Source: a virus. Taken from it: 64,000 nucleotides of DNA. Of this stretch, positions 19,893 to 29,978 are shown piece after piece (position 1 is the stretch's first letter; the number at the start of each line of letters is the position of its first letter). A program made the position numbers and the translations under genes. The notes beneath the pieces are model-generated. The model worked only from the letters and a program-made list of their open reading frames with translations. It was not told the origin of the DNA and did not search any database. The stretch lies in UHGV virus genome UHGV-1364187; one strand, given 5' to 3'.

Positions 19893-20678
19893 ATTTGTTA
19901 GTATTCTCATATAATATGAAAGAATCATTTCCATAATTCTTCTATTATATGATATATCCATTATATTTGGATCAAATGAATATAACTCTTGTAATCCATA
20001 ATTCATATAAAACGGACTATTTATTCTAAATAAACTAGAGTCATTGAATTCTCTATAGAAACCAGGTTCTACTCTAAAATTCATATATTCATTAAGAAAA
20101 TTAGATAGAATTTGCACTGCGTCCAATATATTCAGTTCAGCAGCTTCAAATACACACTTGAGTAATTCGATAAAGTAATTTTCATGTACTGGTAATATTT
20201 GATCAGATATACCTTTCACATCAAAATTCTCTAACATTCTTACTCTATCACAAAAATAATAGTATTCATATCTGAATATTCTGTAAAATGATGTGTATAT
20301 ATTCTTACATACAAATTCCACTTTATCAAAAGTAGTATATCTTGGTTCTTTTGATATTACAAATATAGCATCTTTTCTTATAGCTAATACTTCTTCATCT
20401 TGAATACCATTAGCTTCAAAAAACATTTGTCTATATTCCTTAAATCCATTATTAAGTTCTTTCTTTATAACTTCATTATCTCTTTGTAGCTTTCCAATCA
20501 CAATACTTCTATCTTTGAGAGAAGCATAATAATCGTACTCACTTTGAGATATAAGTCCTTTTGATAAGAGAATACTGATATTAGCTTTCCTCATATCATA
20601 TTCTCTTATATAAGTAGATATAAGGAAATCTATATCTTTATTAATATAGACGTCCTTCAGGTAGCTCCGTGACACCAT
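19881..20678 (-). CDS. hypothetical protein (265 aa)
   Basis: ORF only. Confidence 0.45.
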   Translation of the reverse strand: MVSRSYLKDVYINKDIDFLISTYIREYDMRKANISILLSKGLISQSEYDYYASLKDRSIVIGKLQRDNEVIKKELNNGFKEYRQMFFEANGIQDEEVLAIRKDAIFVISKEPRYTTFDKVEFVCKNIYTSFYRIFRYEYYYFCDRVRMLENFDVKGISDQILPVHENYFIELLKCVFEAAELNILDAVQILSNFLNEYMNFRVEPGFYREFNDSSLFRINSPFYMNYGLQELYSFDPNIMDISYNRRIMEMILSYYMRILTNKGI

Positions 20679-21165
20679 TATGCAATGCCTCCTTAGCTAT
20701 ATACTTTACGTAATTTTCTTTATCAATATCAAAGTTATACAACCCATTAACAGACATTGACATATTATATTGTGTAGGTGTAAAGTTATAATCTTCAACA
20801 TCATTGATCATAATGGGAATAACTCCATATCTATGTTGTATAAATTTATATACAGATTCTATAATAGCATCAAAATATCCACCATTATCCCTATAGACAA
20901 GAAGATATATATTTTTACCTTCATAAAATGGCATCATCGCTTTCATTAACTCATTTATACCATTTGATTGTAAAATATAGTTTGCATAATTTATATCAAA
21001 TTCTCTTTCTTTTCCTTCTTCTAATATAAAAGAACCAGTAGGTATTATATTCAATCTCTCAAATCCTTCTAAAGGACTTAAGAGATTGAATACTAAAAGG
21101 TTCTTTACATATGGTTCTCCAGTTTGAAAATCAACTAATGTAGTATGATCTCCTATGAAAATCAT
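20641..21165 (-). CDS. hypothetical protein (174 aa)
   Basis: ORF only. The N-terminal MIFIGDHT weakly resembles metallophosphatase motif 1, but the other motifs are absent. Confidence 0.4.
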   Translation of the reverse strand: MIFIGDHTTLVDFQTGEPYVKNLLVFNLLSPLEGFERLNIIPTGSFILEEGKEREFDINYANYILQSNGINELMKAMMPFYEGKNIYLLVYRDNGGYFDAIIESVYKFIQHRYGVIPIMINDVEDYNFTPTQYNMSMSVNGLYNFDIDKENYVKYIAKEALHNGVTELPEGRLY

Positions 21166-21213
21166 AAATAATCACCTCTAAAAGAATCAATAATGTTCAT
21201 GATTAATCTCTCC

Positions 21214-21879
21214 TTATCGTTGAATTATAGCTGGAATTTGTAATTGTTGATTATTATAACCAACAGCCATTCTTAAGAAGTATTGATTATACTCTTGTAA
21301 TGTATAATTTGATGGTACTGGAGGATTTAATTCTCTAATAAGTTTAAGAATTAGCCCATCATTAAATTCTACAGTAGGAACCATCTTCCAAGCTTCAAAT
21401 AAATCATGACTTGTATATAAATCAAACATATATAATGTCATTGCTATATTAATGAAGTAATTTTGCATCCAACTAAATTGAATATATTGATCTCCACATA
21501 CGATACCAAATGTCTGTGCTAAATATGCTTTAAATACATTTACATAATTCGTCTGTGCTTCATCTGGTGTTGCGTATAATATAATATTCTTTCCTATAGT
21601 TAATGCTTTAAGAATACTAGCTATATAGTCCATGCACTCTTTTCTATTTAAATGCTCATAATACATTGTACAAAAACCGTCCATATCATTATTAACTTCG
21701 TGCATAAAACATTCGTAAGTTGGTGTTAATATACTAGCTACCAATGCTCCACATTGATTTACAAATTGTGGATCTACATTTTGACTAATTGCCACAACCA
21801 CATTATTCTGTGGATCTTGTCTAACGAAATCAAATACTACATTAGTATCTGATGTAAAATAAAGTGTTCCTGTAATCAT
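21214..21879 (-). CDS. hypothetical protein (221 aa)
   Basis: ORF only. Confidence 0.45.
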   Translation of the reverse strand: MITGTLYFTSDTNVVFDFVRQDPQNNVVVAISQNVDPQFVNQCGALVASILTPTYECFMHEVNNDMDGFCTMYYEHLNRKECMDYIASILKALTIGKNIILYATPDEAQTNYVNVFKAYLAQTFGIVCGDQYIQFSWMQNYFINIAMTLYMFDLYTSHDLFEAWKMVPTVEFNDGLILKLIRELNPPVPSNYTLQEYNQYFLRMAVGYNNQQLQIPAIIQR

Positions 21880-21880
21880 A

Positions 21881-22186
21881 TTAATTCTCCTCTCCTAAAT
21901 CACAAGTTCCAATACATTGTGGACATCCATACATTTTAATATAATCATCTTTACCTAATCTTTTAATACACACATAATGGTCGTTTTTCCAACCAATTCT
22001 ATCGTCACTAAAACTGTCTTCTTTAATCACAATATCATCTATATCAAATAATAAATCACCATTATTAGGTCTCCAGTATGTGTCTACAATATATTGTTTC
22101 ATTTCTTCTATTGTATTAAAGTATTTAACACATTTCATTGACTCTTCTAACATATGCCTAACTGGACGATATTTAATCATATACAA
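21881..22186 (-). CDS. hypothetical protein (101 aa) with C-terminal CPQC..C motif
   Basis: ORF only. Confidence 0.4.
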   Translation of the reverse strand: MYMIKYRPVRHMLEESMKCVKYFNTIEEMKQYIVDTYWRPNNGDLLFDIDDIVIKEDSFSDDRIGWKNDHYVCIKRLGKDDYIKMYGCPQCIGTCDLGEEN

Positions 22187-22222
22187 TTCCCCCCTTATTT
22201 TTTATATAAAATAGAGAACTTT

Positions 22223-23650
22223 TTATAAGTTCTCTAATCTTCTTTGATTAACTTTCTTTTTGTTTGGTACAAAGTTTTTAAGACTATCCTCTTTATCAGA
22301 TTTTGTATCATCTTCATCTTGTTCGTCTTCATCTTGTTCTATCTCTTCTGTAGGTTCTAATCCATAAGAAGAATAATCTGGTTCTTCATCATCAGAACCC
22401 ATCATTGCATCTTGAATAGATTTTGGATCTAAAGAAACATTATCATCTTCATCATCTTTTGTTACACTATATGTTTCTCTATCGTCTTGATAGAAATAAT
22501 CATTCTTCTCTCTAGCAGAATAATCAGTTCGTGTTTCATGGTATTCATATGTGGTTGGTTCTGTATAATATGGCATTGTTGTTTGAATATTTTCTTGTTT
22601 TATAAAGTCTTTAAGAGCATCTCCAACAACATCACCAATAGTTTGTTGTGTATTATCTTCAATAACTCCAATAGGACCACGTTCTTCTTGTTTCTTTCTT
22701 TGTTCCTCTTTTTGTTTTCTTCGTTGTTCTTGTTCATATTTCTTAATTTCTTTAGGTGTCATCTTAACTTTTCTTGTTTTAATTACACCTGCAACTTCTT
22801 TCTCTTGAATAGTTTCTGTAGAACCATCAGATTCTGACATAACTTTTCCTCCAATAACTAATTGTGATACTAAACTCATATCATTCTCCTCCTTCATAAT
22901 TTTTATTTCTTGCTTATGAATTGCACTAGCTAATTTTCTAGCTTGATAATGCATTCCACATTTTGTGCAATATAAATGATTAAATCCTTCATCGTAGTCT
23001 ATTTCACCACCACAAGGAAATCCATTTATCATATTATTACAATATAATTTAGAGCCATCTAATTCAAATAGCATTGCATAATCTATTAAGACAACTCCAA
23101 AACCAGGTCTTACTCCATAGTTAAACATATAATTAGTTCCTATATCTTCCATAACATACTTACCCAATATCTTAGTAGTTATAAGATCATATATGTCTGG
23201 TGCTATAGATATATACTCTTCTCTTGATTGAACAGCTTTTACTCGTTCATAATTACCAACTACACCAGTATTTGCCTCTACCTCAAATGATTTACATACG
23301 TAAGGTTTAATAAAATTCTGATTATAGTTTTCAGCATAGTTAGCCTTAATACCAACTTTATCTAAAGCTATTTTAAAACAATTTACATTACATTCATATG
23401 GTGCATATACTACTCTATTAGTACCACCACCTATTTTATGACATCCTCTTTTTATAAGTAATTGATTAATCATATCCTTCTTTTGATCAATCTTAGATGC
23501 ATATTTTACAGAATTGACTATCCATTGTAATGAATCTATATCATTATAATCTAACCAATTATATAGACTCGGTGCAGCCAATGTTTCAAAATTAAATTCT
23601 AATGGGGACATTTCTTTAGAATATAATATTGATCTAGGATTAAGTTTCAT
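22223..23650 (-). CDS. atypical protein-kinase-like protein (RIO/Bud32/Kdo-kinase-like core) with Zn ribbon and highly charged C-terminal tail
   Basis: Glycine-loop-like KIGGGTNRVVYA. Lys in CFKIAL. Catalytic-loop-like MEDIGTNYM (D-x4-N). DFG-like VLIDYAM. Zn ribbon C..C..CTKCG. Tail KRKQKEEQRKKQEERG followed by an acidic EEIEQDEDEQDEDD run. Confidence 0.4.
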   Translation of the reverse strand: MKLNPRSILYSKEMSPLEFNFETLAAPSLYNWLDYNDIDSLQWIVNSVKYASKIDQKKDMINQLLIKRGCHKIGGGTNRVVYAPYECNVNCFKIALDKVGIKANYAENYNQNFIKPYVCKSFEVEANTGVVGNYERVKAVQSREEYISIAPDIYDLITTKILGKYVMEDIGTNYMFNYGVRPGFGVVLIDYAMLFELDGSKLYCNNMINGFPCGGEIDYDEGFNHLYCTKCGMHYQARKLASAIHKQEIKIMKEENDMSLVSQLVIGGKVMSESDGSTETIQEKEVAGVIKTRKVKMTPKEIKKYEQEQRRKQKEEQRKKQEERGPIGVIEDNTQQTIGDVVGDALKDFIKQENIQTTMPYYTEPTTYEYHETRTDYSAREKNDYFYQDDRETYSVTKDDEDDNVSLDPKSIQDAMMGSDDEEPDYSSYGLEPTEEIEQDEDEQDEDDTKSDKEDSLKNFVPNKKKVNQRRLENL

Positions 23651-23656
23651 TATTCA

Positions 23657-24460
23657 TCATCCCCTTGGTATAGAATTTAAGAAAGCCATTTTCTTTCTTT
23701 GTAATTGTTCTTGTATTGACGCTGGTGGAGCTATTTCCATATCATCAATACTAGTATTTTGCATAGTATTATTCTTATTGTAAATACTACCGAAATAATT
23801 TGATTGATTATGCATATTAAGTAATTTATTATATGCTTCTCTATTATATAGATTATTAAGTTGTCTTTGCTGCATACGAAGTTGTTGTTCGTTTAGTCTT
23901 ATAGCTTCTTCTCCGTATGATTCAAAGAAATCTGATAATCCACAATCCCCTAATTGATTATCCATACGTTCTCTTTCTCTACACATATTCGTATATTGAT
24001 TTTGTTGTTGTATAGGGTATTGTTCATTCATAGTTCTAATACTCATTAGTCTCATAGTATTTTGATCTTCTCTTTGATCATCTGTCATTCTTTGTTCTTG
24101 AATAAATTGAGGATCATACTGTTTTAGATGTTCTTCCATATCATCTTTATGAAGCCCCAATGCCTTATTAACTCTTTTACTGACTTCTTTAAACTGATTT
24201 GCATTTTGGATTTGTGCTTGCCTCATTTGTGCTTCCATTTGTCTCTGTCTTTGTTGAGCCAAATAAGGATTATACAATCCAGTATGCATACCACCATAAT
24301 ACTGACCCATTCCCATCATTTGATTTGGTGGTTGATTGTAACCCGTTCCCATATTAACCATATTGCCTATAGATTGAGGCATCATGGGGTGTTGATATGG
24401 TATATTCATTTGATTTTGTTGATGAAATGCACTCATTATAGGTGAATTATAATTAATCAT
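23657..24460 (-). CDS. Q/N/M-rich low-complexity (prion-like) protein
   Basis: Composition of the type MSAFHQQNQMNIPYQHPMMPQSIGNMVNMGTGYNQPPNQMMGMGQYYGG. Confidence 0.5.
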   Translation of the reverse strand: MINYNSPIMSAFHQQNQMNIPYQHPMMPQSIGNMVNMGTGYNQPPNQMMGMGQYYGGMHTGLYNPYLAQQRQRQMEAQMRQAQIQNANQFKEVSKRVNKALGLHKDDMEEHLKQYDPQFIQEQRMTDDQREDQNTMRLMSIRTMNEQYPIQQQNQYTNMCRERERMDNQLGDCGLSDFFESYGEEAIRLNEQQLRMQQRQLNNLYNREAYNKLLNMHNQSNYFGSIYNKNNTMQNTSIDDMEIAPPASIQEQLQRKKMAFLNSIPRG

Positions 24461-24490
24461 TATATCTAAACCTCCTTTAGATTATATCTC

Positions 24491-24514
24491 TCATATATAT
24501 AATATATAATTAAA
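24491..24514 (-). promoter_or_regulatory. conserved AT-rich phage promoter-like motif (copy B)
   Basis: The minus strand reads tttaattatatattatatatatgaga, about 30 nt upstream of the ATG at 24460. Confidence 0.45.
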
Positions 24515-24574
24515 ATAATTAATGCTCAATGAAAAATAGAGCATTAATATTTCCTATAAGTATAAGTTATGAGG

Positions 24575-24612
24575 GGTTTAAAAAATAAAACTAGAGAGAT
24601 TTTACACTCTCT
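24575..24612 (-). terminator. hairpin terminator after gene 24627..25322
   Basis: 12-bp stem aaaactagagag/ctctctagtttt. A second hairpin lies at 24519-24547. Confidence 0.55.
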
Positions 24613-24626
24613 AGTTTTTTATTAAT

Positions 24627-25322
24627 TTATTCTGGCATTTCTTCAAATTCTATTTGTTGAAACTTACTGCTAAAAATGATACGGTCTTTATACAATTCAC
24701 TATATTCTTTTACCATAGCTACAAGTGATTTTGGTAATGTATATGATAGACTATTCATAAATCTATTAAAATTAACAATATCCTTTTCACAGTCTATTCT
24801 ATTAAGGCACATATCATATATACATGATAATACATATACACTATATTCATACATATACGTTTCATCAATTTGTTCTATACAACATTGTCTATAAATATAT
24901 TGATCTAGATTATTAAGAATCATATCTAAAGTTTCTCTTGTAGTAAATAACTCTTGTGGATTTCTTGATGGTTCTCTATTATATAGTGGATTATCATCAC
25001 AATCATACACACTATGACCATTGATATTGTATAAAGTTCTATCACAATCACCTACAGGGTTATTAACTAAATTGAATGCTGTAATACATAGCATTTTTAT
25101 AGTACTAAATAATTTATGTGAAAATATATTATTTGGTAAGGATTTCAAAGAATAGTTTTCAGTAATAATAGGATCATTATTTGATATATTATCTTCGTAT
25201 TCACTAAATGGACTCATTATAGCAAACAATTTATTGTCTGGTGTTCCTATTTGTGGAGCAATAATTACTGCTGGTGTTACCATTTCTTTTTTATTTACTT
25301 TTACTTCGTTCTTTTTACTCAT
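24627..25322 (-). CDS. hypothetical protein (231 aa)
   Basis: ORF only. Confidence 0.45.
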   Translation of the reverse strand: MSKKNEVKVNKKEMVTPAVIIAPQIGTPDNKLFAIMSPFSEYEDNISNNDPIITENYSLKSLPNNIFSHKLFSTIKMLCITAFNLVNNPVGDCDRTLYNINGHSVYDCDDNPLYNREPSRNPQELFTTRETLDMILNNLDQYIYRQCCIEQIDETYMYEYSVYVLSCIYDMCLNRIDCEKDIVNFNRFMNSLSYTLPKSLVAMVKEYSELYKDRIIFSSKFQQIEFEEMPE

Positions 25323-25334
25323 ATTACATTCCTC

Positions 25335-25790
25335 CTATAAATTAGATTTAATAAATAATAGATCATTCTTAATACTATTAAGAATGATTGATAGTTTGGT
25401 TAAACTACTAATTTGATTGTCGTTAAATTTAAATACATGTTTCAGTATCTTTTTAATCTCATTTTCTAGCATAACCATAATCAGATCAATACCAATTTCA
25501 TCAATCTGAACTGATTTGATTGATAGATTATCTAGAATATTATTAACAACGTTGAATTTATCTACAGTAGATTCTAACGGATTAAATAATCTATAGAGAT
25601 GGTTACTAACAACATTATTAGCAACTATTGATTTGTATACAGCATTAATAGTAATACCATTAGGATATTTACCATTAAGTGTATAGATTTTATTAAGATA
25701 ATCGGAGATATCAGTTTTCATAACTAATACCCCACAACTATCACCACTACAATCTGAACTATTACCATAACCATAAATACTATTATACAT
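25335..25790 (-). CDS. hypothetical protein (~151 aa)
   Basis: Start taken at MYNSIYGYG, preceded by aagaggaggag. Confidence 0.45.
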   Translation of the reverse strand: MYNSIYGYGNSSDCSGDSCGVLVMKTDISDYLNKIYTLNGKYPNGITINAVYKSIVANNVVSNHLYRLFNPLESTVDKFNVVNNILDNLSIKSVQIDEIGIDLIMVMLENEIKKILKHVFKFNDNQISSLTKLSIILNSIKNDLLFIKSNL

Positions 25791-26520
25791 ATCTTCTCCT
25801 CCTCTTAATTTGTGTTTTATAATTATCCATATTGACTGTTGTATTATCAATATAGAAATTAGCTGGAATTTGATAATCTTCTCTACAAAATCTTTGATGA
25901 TAAGAATCTTGTAGAATAAAATTATCTAGATCTTGTTTTGTTTGTACATCTACCATATCATTATATTCTGATATGACTTGAATTAGTAATGGATCTACTA
26001 TACGTATCCCATTGCTTTTTGTAAAACATTCACTAGCTTTCTTTTGTGAAGCTGGTGAATGATTAACATGTCCTTTTTGATGGTAAAAATTAGCATATAA
26101 ATTATTATAGTATATAGCACAGAATAACTCAATAATGAATTGTTCATTCTTTACTTCTTGTCCACTAGAATTATACATATGACCATTATACATACAATTT
26201 ATCCAACTAAATATCCATTTAGTAATTCCATATATACAATATTGACTATCACCAAAGATATTAATCTTATATCCAATTCTATAATAATCAATAGCTCTAT
26301 ATACAGCAAGTAATAATGCTCTATTTTCTGTCATATTATTAGTACAATCCCTAAGTATATAAGACTTATAATCGACTACATTTCGATTTCCATATTCATC
26401 TGTTAAAACACATACAGCTCCTGGACATCCTATAGTCTCTCCTGTTGATTCTACCTTATGAATAGAACCATCACAAAATATATTACATGTTTCTGGATTG
26501 AAAATGTCTCTATAATCCAT
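25783..26520 (-). CDS. rnhA: ribonuclease HI
   Basis: RNase H catalytic residues in context: CDGS, TNNMTENRALLLAV (TNNRMEL in E. coli), IFGDSQYC (TDSQYV), HQKGHVNH (VKGHAGH), SQKKASE. RBS aaaaggaggtaaat. Confidence 0.7.
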   Translation of the reverse strand: MDYRDIFNPETCNIFCDGSIHKVESTGETIGCPGAVCVLTDEYGNRNVVDYKSYILRDCTNNMTENRALLLAVYRAIDYYRIGYKINIFGDSQYCIYGITKWIFSWINCMYNGHMYNSSGQEVKNEQFIIELFCAIYYNNLYANFYHQKGHVNHSPASQKKASECFTKSNGIRIVDPLLIQVISEYNDMVDVQTKQDLDNFILQDSYHQRFCREDYQIPANFYIDNTTVNMDNYKTQIKRRRRYV

Positions 26521-26538
26521 ATTATATTTACCTCCTTT

Positions 26539-26563
26539 TCATATATATAATATATAATTGAAA
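26539..26563 (-). promoter_or_regulatory. conserved AT-rich phage promoter-like motif (copy C)
   Basis: The minus strand reads tttcaattatatattatatatatgaaaaggagg, directly upstream of the rnh ATG at 26520. A hairpin at 26566-26592 follows on the plus side. Confidence 0.5.
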
Positions 26564-26652
26564 AATAGCTTAGATAACCAAAAAGGTTATCTAAGTTTAA
26601 TGAGATTATTACGAGTGGAAAAAGTTAATTATAATCACCTATTACAAAAATG

Positions 26653-27117
26653 TTATTTACATTTTTTAAGTTTAACTTTTTTACCTAAGTTCTTAATCTT
26701 TTTCTTCACGTTTTTGATTTTATTTTTAGCTTTGCATTTTCCTGCTTCAGATTGACATCCACTAGCTTCTTTTGCACAAGCTTCAATAAAAGCTTCAAAT
26801 TGTGCTTTTGATGGGATAACAACAGCTACAGTATTAATATCCATATCGATTCCATTAGCTTCACAAATTTTACATAAAGCTTTATATTCATCACATTCTG
26901 AGTAACTTTCTGATAAATATTTTGTCACTTCAACTAATTCATCTAACCCAATACAATATTCATTCTGTGCTGTTCTAATAACTCTTGCTGTTTCTGGTGT
27001 TACTTCTAATGATACCTCTTCTTCAACAGTTGCATATACATCATCAGTATTATATAATTCTTGATCTTCATCTGAAACTGTTGTACTTTCTAAAATACTT
27101 CTAAGATAAGAATTCAT
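26653..27117 (-). CDS. acidic protein with a poly-lysine C-terminal tail
   Basis: C-terminus GKCKAKNKIKNVKKKIKNLGKKVKLKKCK. Confidence 0.45.
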   Translation of the reverse strand: MNSYLRSILESTTVSDEDQELYNTDDVYATVEEEVSLEVTPETARVIRTAQNEYCIGLDELVEVTKYLSESYSECDEYKALCKICEANGIDMDINTVAVVIPSKAQFEAFIEACAKEASGCQSEAGKCKAKNKIKNVKKKIKNLGKKVKLKKCK

Positions 27118-27891
27118 TTACTTTTCCTCCTTTTTAACTATTACAGCTGGTATAACTAAACCTTGTTCAGTATACTCATTTCCAGCTATATTATTTGTAT
27201 GTTGATTTTGGTCAACATTTAAAATATTTCGTATAGTGTCCATTGTCGGTAATTTGTTTCCACCACCAAATTCTACATACAATTCACTCTTCTCTAAGAT
27301 ATCATAATTAATCTTAGTTTTATAAGTCATTTCTTCTATACGCTGTAAAATATCAAGTTGTTCTGGTGGGAAAAATGGTCTATATAAATCAACAAACTTC
27401 TTATAATTACCCAATACTTTGTCTGTCGGTACAAATAGATATCCATTATGAATTAATTGATGTGGTGTTTCTGATACAGATATTAATCCTATAATTCCAT
27501 AATAGTGTACATACATAACTTCTTTAGCTACCAATTCTATTTCCAATGGTTCATTATATGCAACTCTTTTATTAAATACTATTAGACATATATCATATAA
27601 TGATAATGGATCATGATGTAAATGGATTTTAATCTTAGAAGTCTCTTCATTGGTCACATTCTCATAAAAACAACATTTATTCATGTCCATATTCTCTCTA
27701 AGATACTGAATAAGCATTTGATACTCTATAGAATGTCTTACCATTCTTTCTAAATCTTTCATAAATTTTTTGAATGATTTATCATCAAATAAGTCATAAT
27801 CTTGAATATCAAATGGTGGTAATTCTCTGATATGCAATATTGTACTTTTATCGTTTAATTGAATAGGTATTAAATTATTCGGATCTCGCAT
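27118..27891 (-). CDS. hypothetical protein (257 aa)
   Basis: RBS gaaaggagctgat. Confidence 0.45.
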   Translation of the reverse strand: MRDPNNLIPIQLNDKSTILHIRELPPFDIQDYDLFDDKSFKKFMKDLERMVRHSIEYQMLIQYLRENMDMNKCCFYENVTNEETSKIKIHLHHDPLSLYDICLIVFNKRVAYNEPLEIELVAKEVMYVHYYGIIGLISVSETPHQLIHNGYLFVPTDKVLGNYKKFVDLYRPFFPPEQLDILQRIEEMTYKTKINYDILEKSELYVEFGGGNKLPTMDTIRNILNVDQNQHTNNIAGNEYTEQGLVIPAVIVKKEEK

Positions 27892-27967
27892 TATATCAGC
27901 TCCTTTCTTACGTATATGTTGAAATATACTGTTTACCGAACATATAGATAAAAAGGGAGATGATAAT

Positions 27968-28150
27968 ATGCCAGGAACATATAAATTTTACATAGGAAGA
28001 TGTGTGGAATGTGATAAAGAAGATTTCTTTCCAATATACTTATATAAAAACTCCAATACATCAACATGTGAATATTGTGGAGGTACGGTATATATAGATA
28101 AATCGGAAACATTTAAAGGAAAAATATACATAAACAGAGAAAAAAGATAA
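27968..28150 (+). CDS. small Zn-ribbon protein (60 aa)
   Basis: Two CxxC pairs (CVECDK ... CEYCGG). RBS aaaagggagatg. Terminator immediately downstream. Confidence 0.5.
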   Translation: MPGTYKFYIGRCVECDKEDFFPIYLYKNSNTSTCEYCGGTVYIDKSETFKGKIYINREKR

Positions 28151-28156
28151 AAAATA

Positions 28157-28184
28157 AGTATAGTGGGCATTTGCCCACTATACT
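28157..28184. terminator. bidirectional terminator hairpin
   Basis: 13-bp stem agtatagtgggca/tgcccactatact with T-runs on both strands. Confidence 0.6.
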
Positions 28185-28298
28185 TTTCATATGTTAGAAA
28201 CCCACAAATGGTTGTGGTTATATATTTTTTAATATATGAGCTAACACCTAATAGGAAACAATTTAACAGCAAGATAAAGGTCATTACGATCATTAACT

Positions 28299-28323
28299 TC
28301 ATATATATAATATATAATTGAAA
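28299..28323 (-). promoter_or_regulatory. conserved AT-rich phage promoter-like motif (copy D)
   Basis: The minus strand reads tttcaattatatattatatatatgaag. It lies just downstream (on minus) of a 16-bp-stem hairpin at 28329-28364 that terminates gene 28442..29560. Confidence 0.45.
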
Positions 28324-28441
28324 TTTTAAAGATATACATTATGGACATCCATAATGTATATCTTTATATTGTTAAACAATAAAACAGTAATAAGAGGATT
28401 TTATAGAATGTTAAATCAGATATATCTGATTTATATTTATG

Positions 28442-29560
28442 TTATTCGTCTTGTAAATCTTTATCTTCTTGTTGTTCTAAATATAGCTCTAAATATTCTT
28501 CATTTGTCATAATATGTTCATCTACAACTTCGTCTATGAATTCCTTTTCATCATTACATACAATCTTTTGTTTATACTCAGGTAATAATAGATTGTCAAT
28601 ATCAAAATCTTCACCAAAATTATCAGTAATATATTTAAATATAGATTCTTTGATACTTGAATATGAGTCTATATTTAATAATATCTCTTCTAATGTGTAT
28701 GTTATATAACAATCAACTGTATTACCCAAAGGTCTATATAAATCACTTATAGTATTATCTGATATAGATTCTTGTACAGACATAACAGCTTTAGCTAATG
28801 AATTTAAATCCCATTCATTTCCAGCCCATTCAACTTTTTTCTTTATCATTGGAATAAAGCTATTATCAAAACTATAAGTACATTTGTTAATATTACATAT
28901 ATCTATATACGGTATATTCTTTAAATGTAATGTGACATTGATAAATTTTGGTAATCTTCTCATTGGAATAATTCCATCTACAGATGACCATAGATCTAAT
29001 ATATTATCAATATGAAATATACTAATATCATCATTAATCTTATTAAGATATTCATCTTCACATTCATAAACAAATCTATCTTTTATCATAATCTCATCGT
29101 TAATTAAATCTTTAAAGAATCTATAATCTAATTGATATAGACTATCAATTACTAGCTGTAGTATATTATTATTTGTATCTTGGATAGATTTTATCATATC
29201 TTTATAATCAAATATAGATCCACCTATTATAATAGTATACTCATTATCTTTCAGAACGACTTCAGTTTTAAGTTCATTCTTATTAGACAAAAACTCTATT
29301 AATGAATCTTTTATATTTTCAAAAGCTTTTATTACAATAACGACATTACTATGAACAAGTAAATCTTCATTATTCTCTATTGTAGATATCATATTTGGTT
29401 TATTTGATTGATCATTAAAAGAACAATAAGAACACAAAAGATATGTGTTCTTAATTGTTATTAATGATCTATTATCATGAATTTTACCAAGTTCTATTTC
29501 TTCACTTTTTTTAGTTGAAGATTTGATATTGCTTAGTACTTTCTTAATAGATCTCTTCAT
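28442..29560 (-). CDS. hypothetical protein (372 aa)
   Basis: ORF only. Confidence 0.45.
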   Translation of the reverse strand: MKRSIKKVLSNIKSSTKKSEEIELGKIHDNRSLITIKNTYLLCSYCSFNDQSNKPNMISTIENNEDLLVHSNVVIVIKAFENIKDSLIEFLSNKNELKTEVVLKDNEYTIIIGGSIFDYKDMIKSIQDTNNNILQLVIDSLYQLDYRFFKDLINDEIMIKDRFVYECEDEYLNKINDDISIFHIDNILDLWSSVDGIIPMRRLPKFINVTLHLKNIPYIDICNINKCTYSFDNSFIPMIKKKVEWAGNEWDLNSLAKAVMSVQESISDNTISDLYRPLGNTVDCYITYTLEEILLNIDSYSSIKESIFKYITDNFGEDFDIDNLLLPEYKQKIVCNDEKEFIDEVVDEHIMTNEEYLELYLEQQEDKDLQDE

Positions 29561-29960
29561 TATATTTCCCCCTATATAAGTCTACCATTTTTTGATAGAC
29601 TTCTGATACTTCATCTCCCCACTCTGGTTCTAATGGTCTAATGAGTTTTTGTATATCTTTAGTCGTAATGATTTCGTTTCTTTGAACAATTTGATTCATT
29701 GTTCTTACATAAAGTTCAATAGATGTTTCTACACTATCATATTCAATAGGCATAACAAATTGTGTTTCTTCAGATTTAATATTTCCTGGATTTCTATAAT
29801 CAGAAATTAATTTTGGATGTTTTCTATTCTCAAATTCAAATATAGCCATAATAAGATATGGATCTACGTTATAGTAATCACAATATTTCTTTACTATTGG
29901 TAATAACCAATGGATCTTCTTATTTGTTGATAAGAAGATTATCTCTTCTTTAAACTCCAT
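29544..29960 (-). CDS. hypothetical protein (138 aa)
   Basis: ORF only. Weak similarity to the glucosaminidase ..ENRKHP...NPGNIKS pattern; not reliable. Confidence 0.4.
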   Translation of the reverse strand: MEFKEEIIFLSTNKKIHWLLPIVKKYCDYYNVDPYLIMAIFEFENRKHPKLISDYRNPGNIKSEETQFVMPIEYDSVETSIELYVRTMNQIVQRNEIITTKDIQKLIRPLEPEWGDEVSEVYQKMVDLYRGKYNEEIY

Positions 29961-29978
29961 TTTACATCACTTCCATTT

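Noticed and set aside
27988-28302. ORF 27988..28302(-) as a real membrane-protein gene
   Set aside because: Its ATG is the TATG of the promoter motif itself. It has no RBS, is fully antisense to an RBS-equipped Zn-ribbon gene, and is cut by a terminator hairpin.
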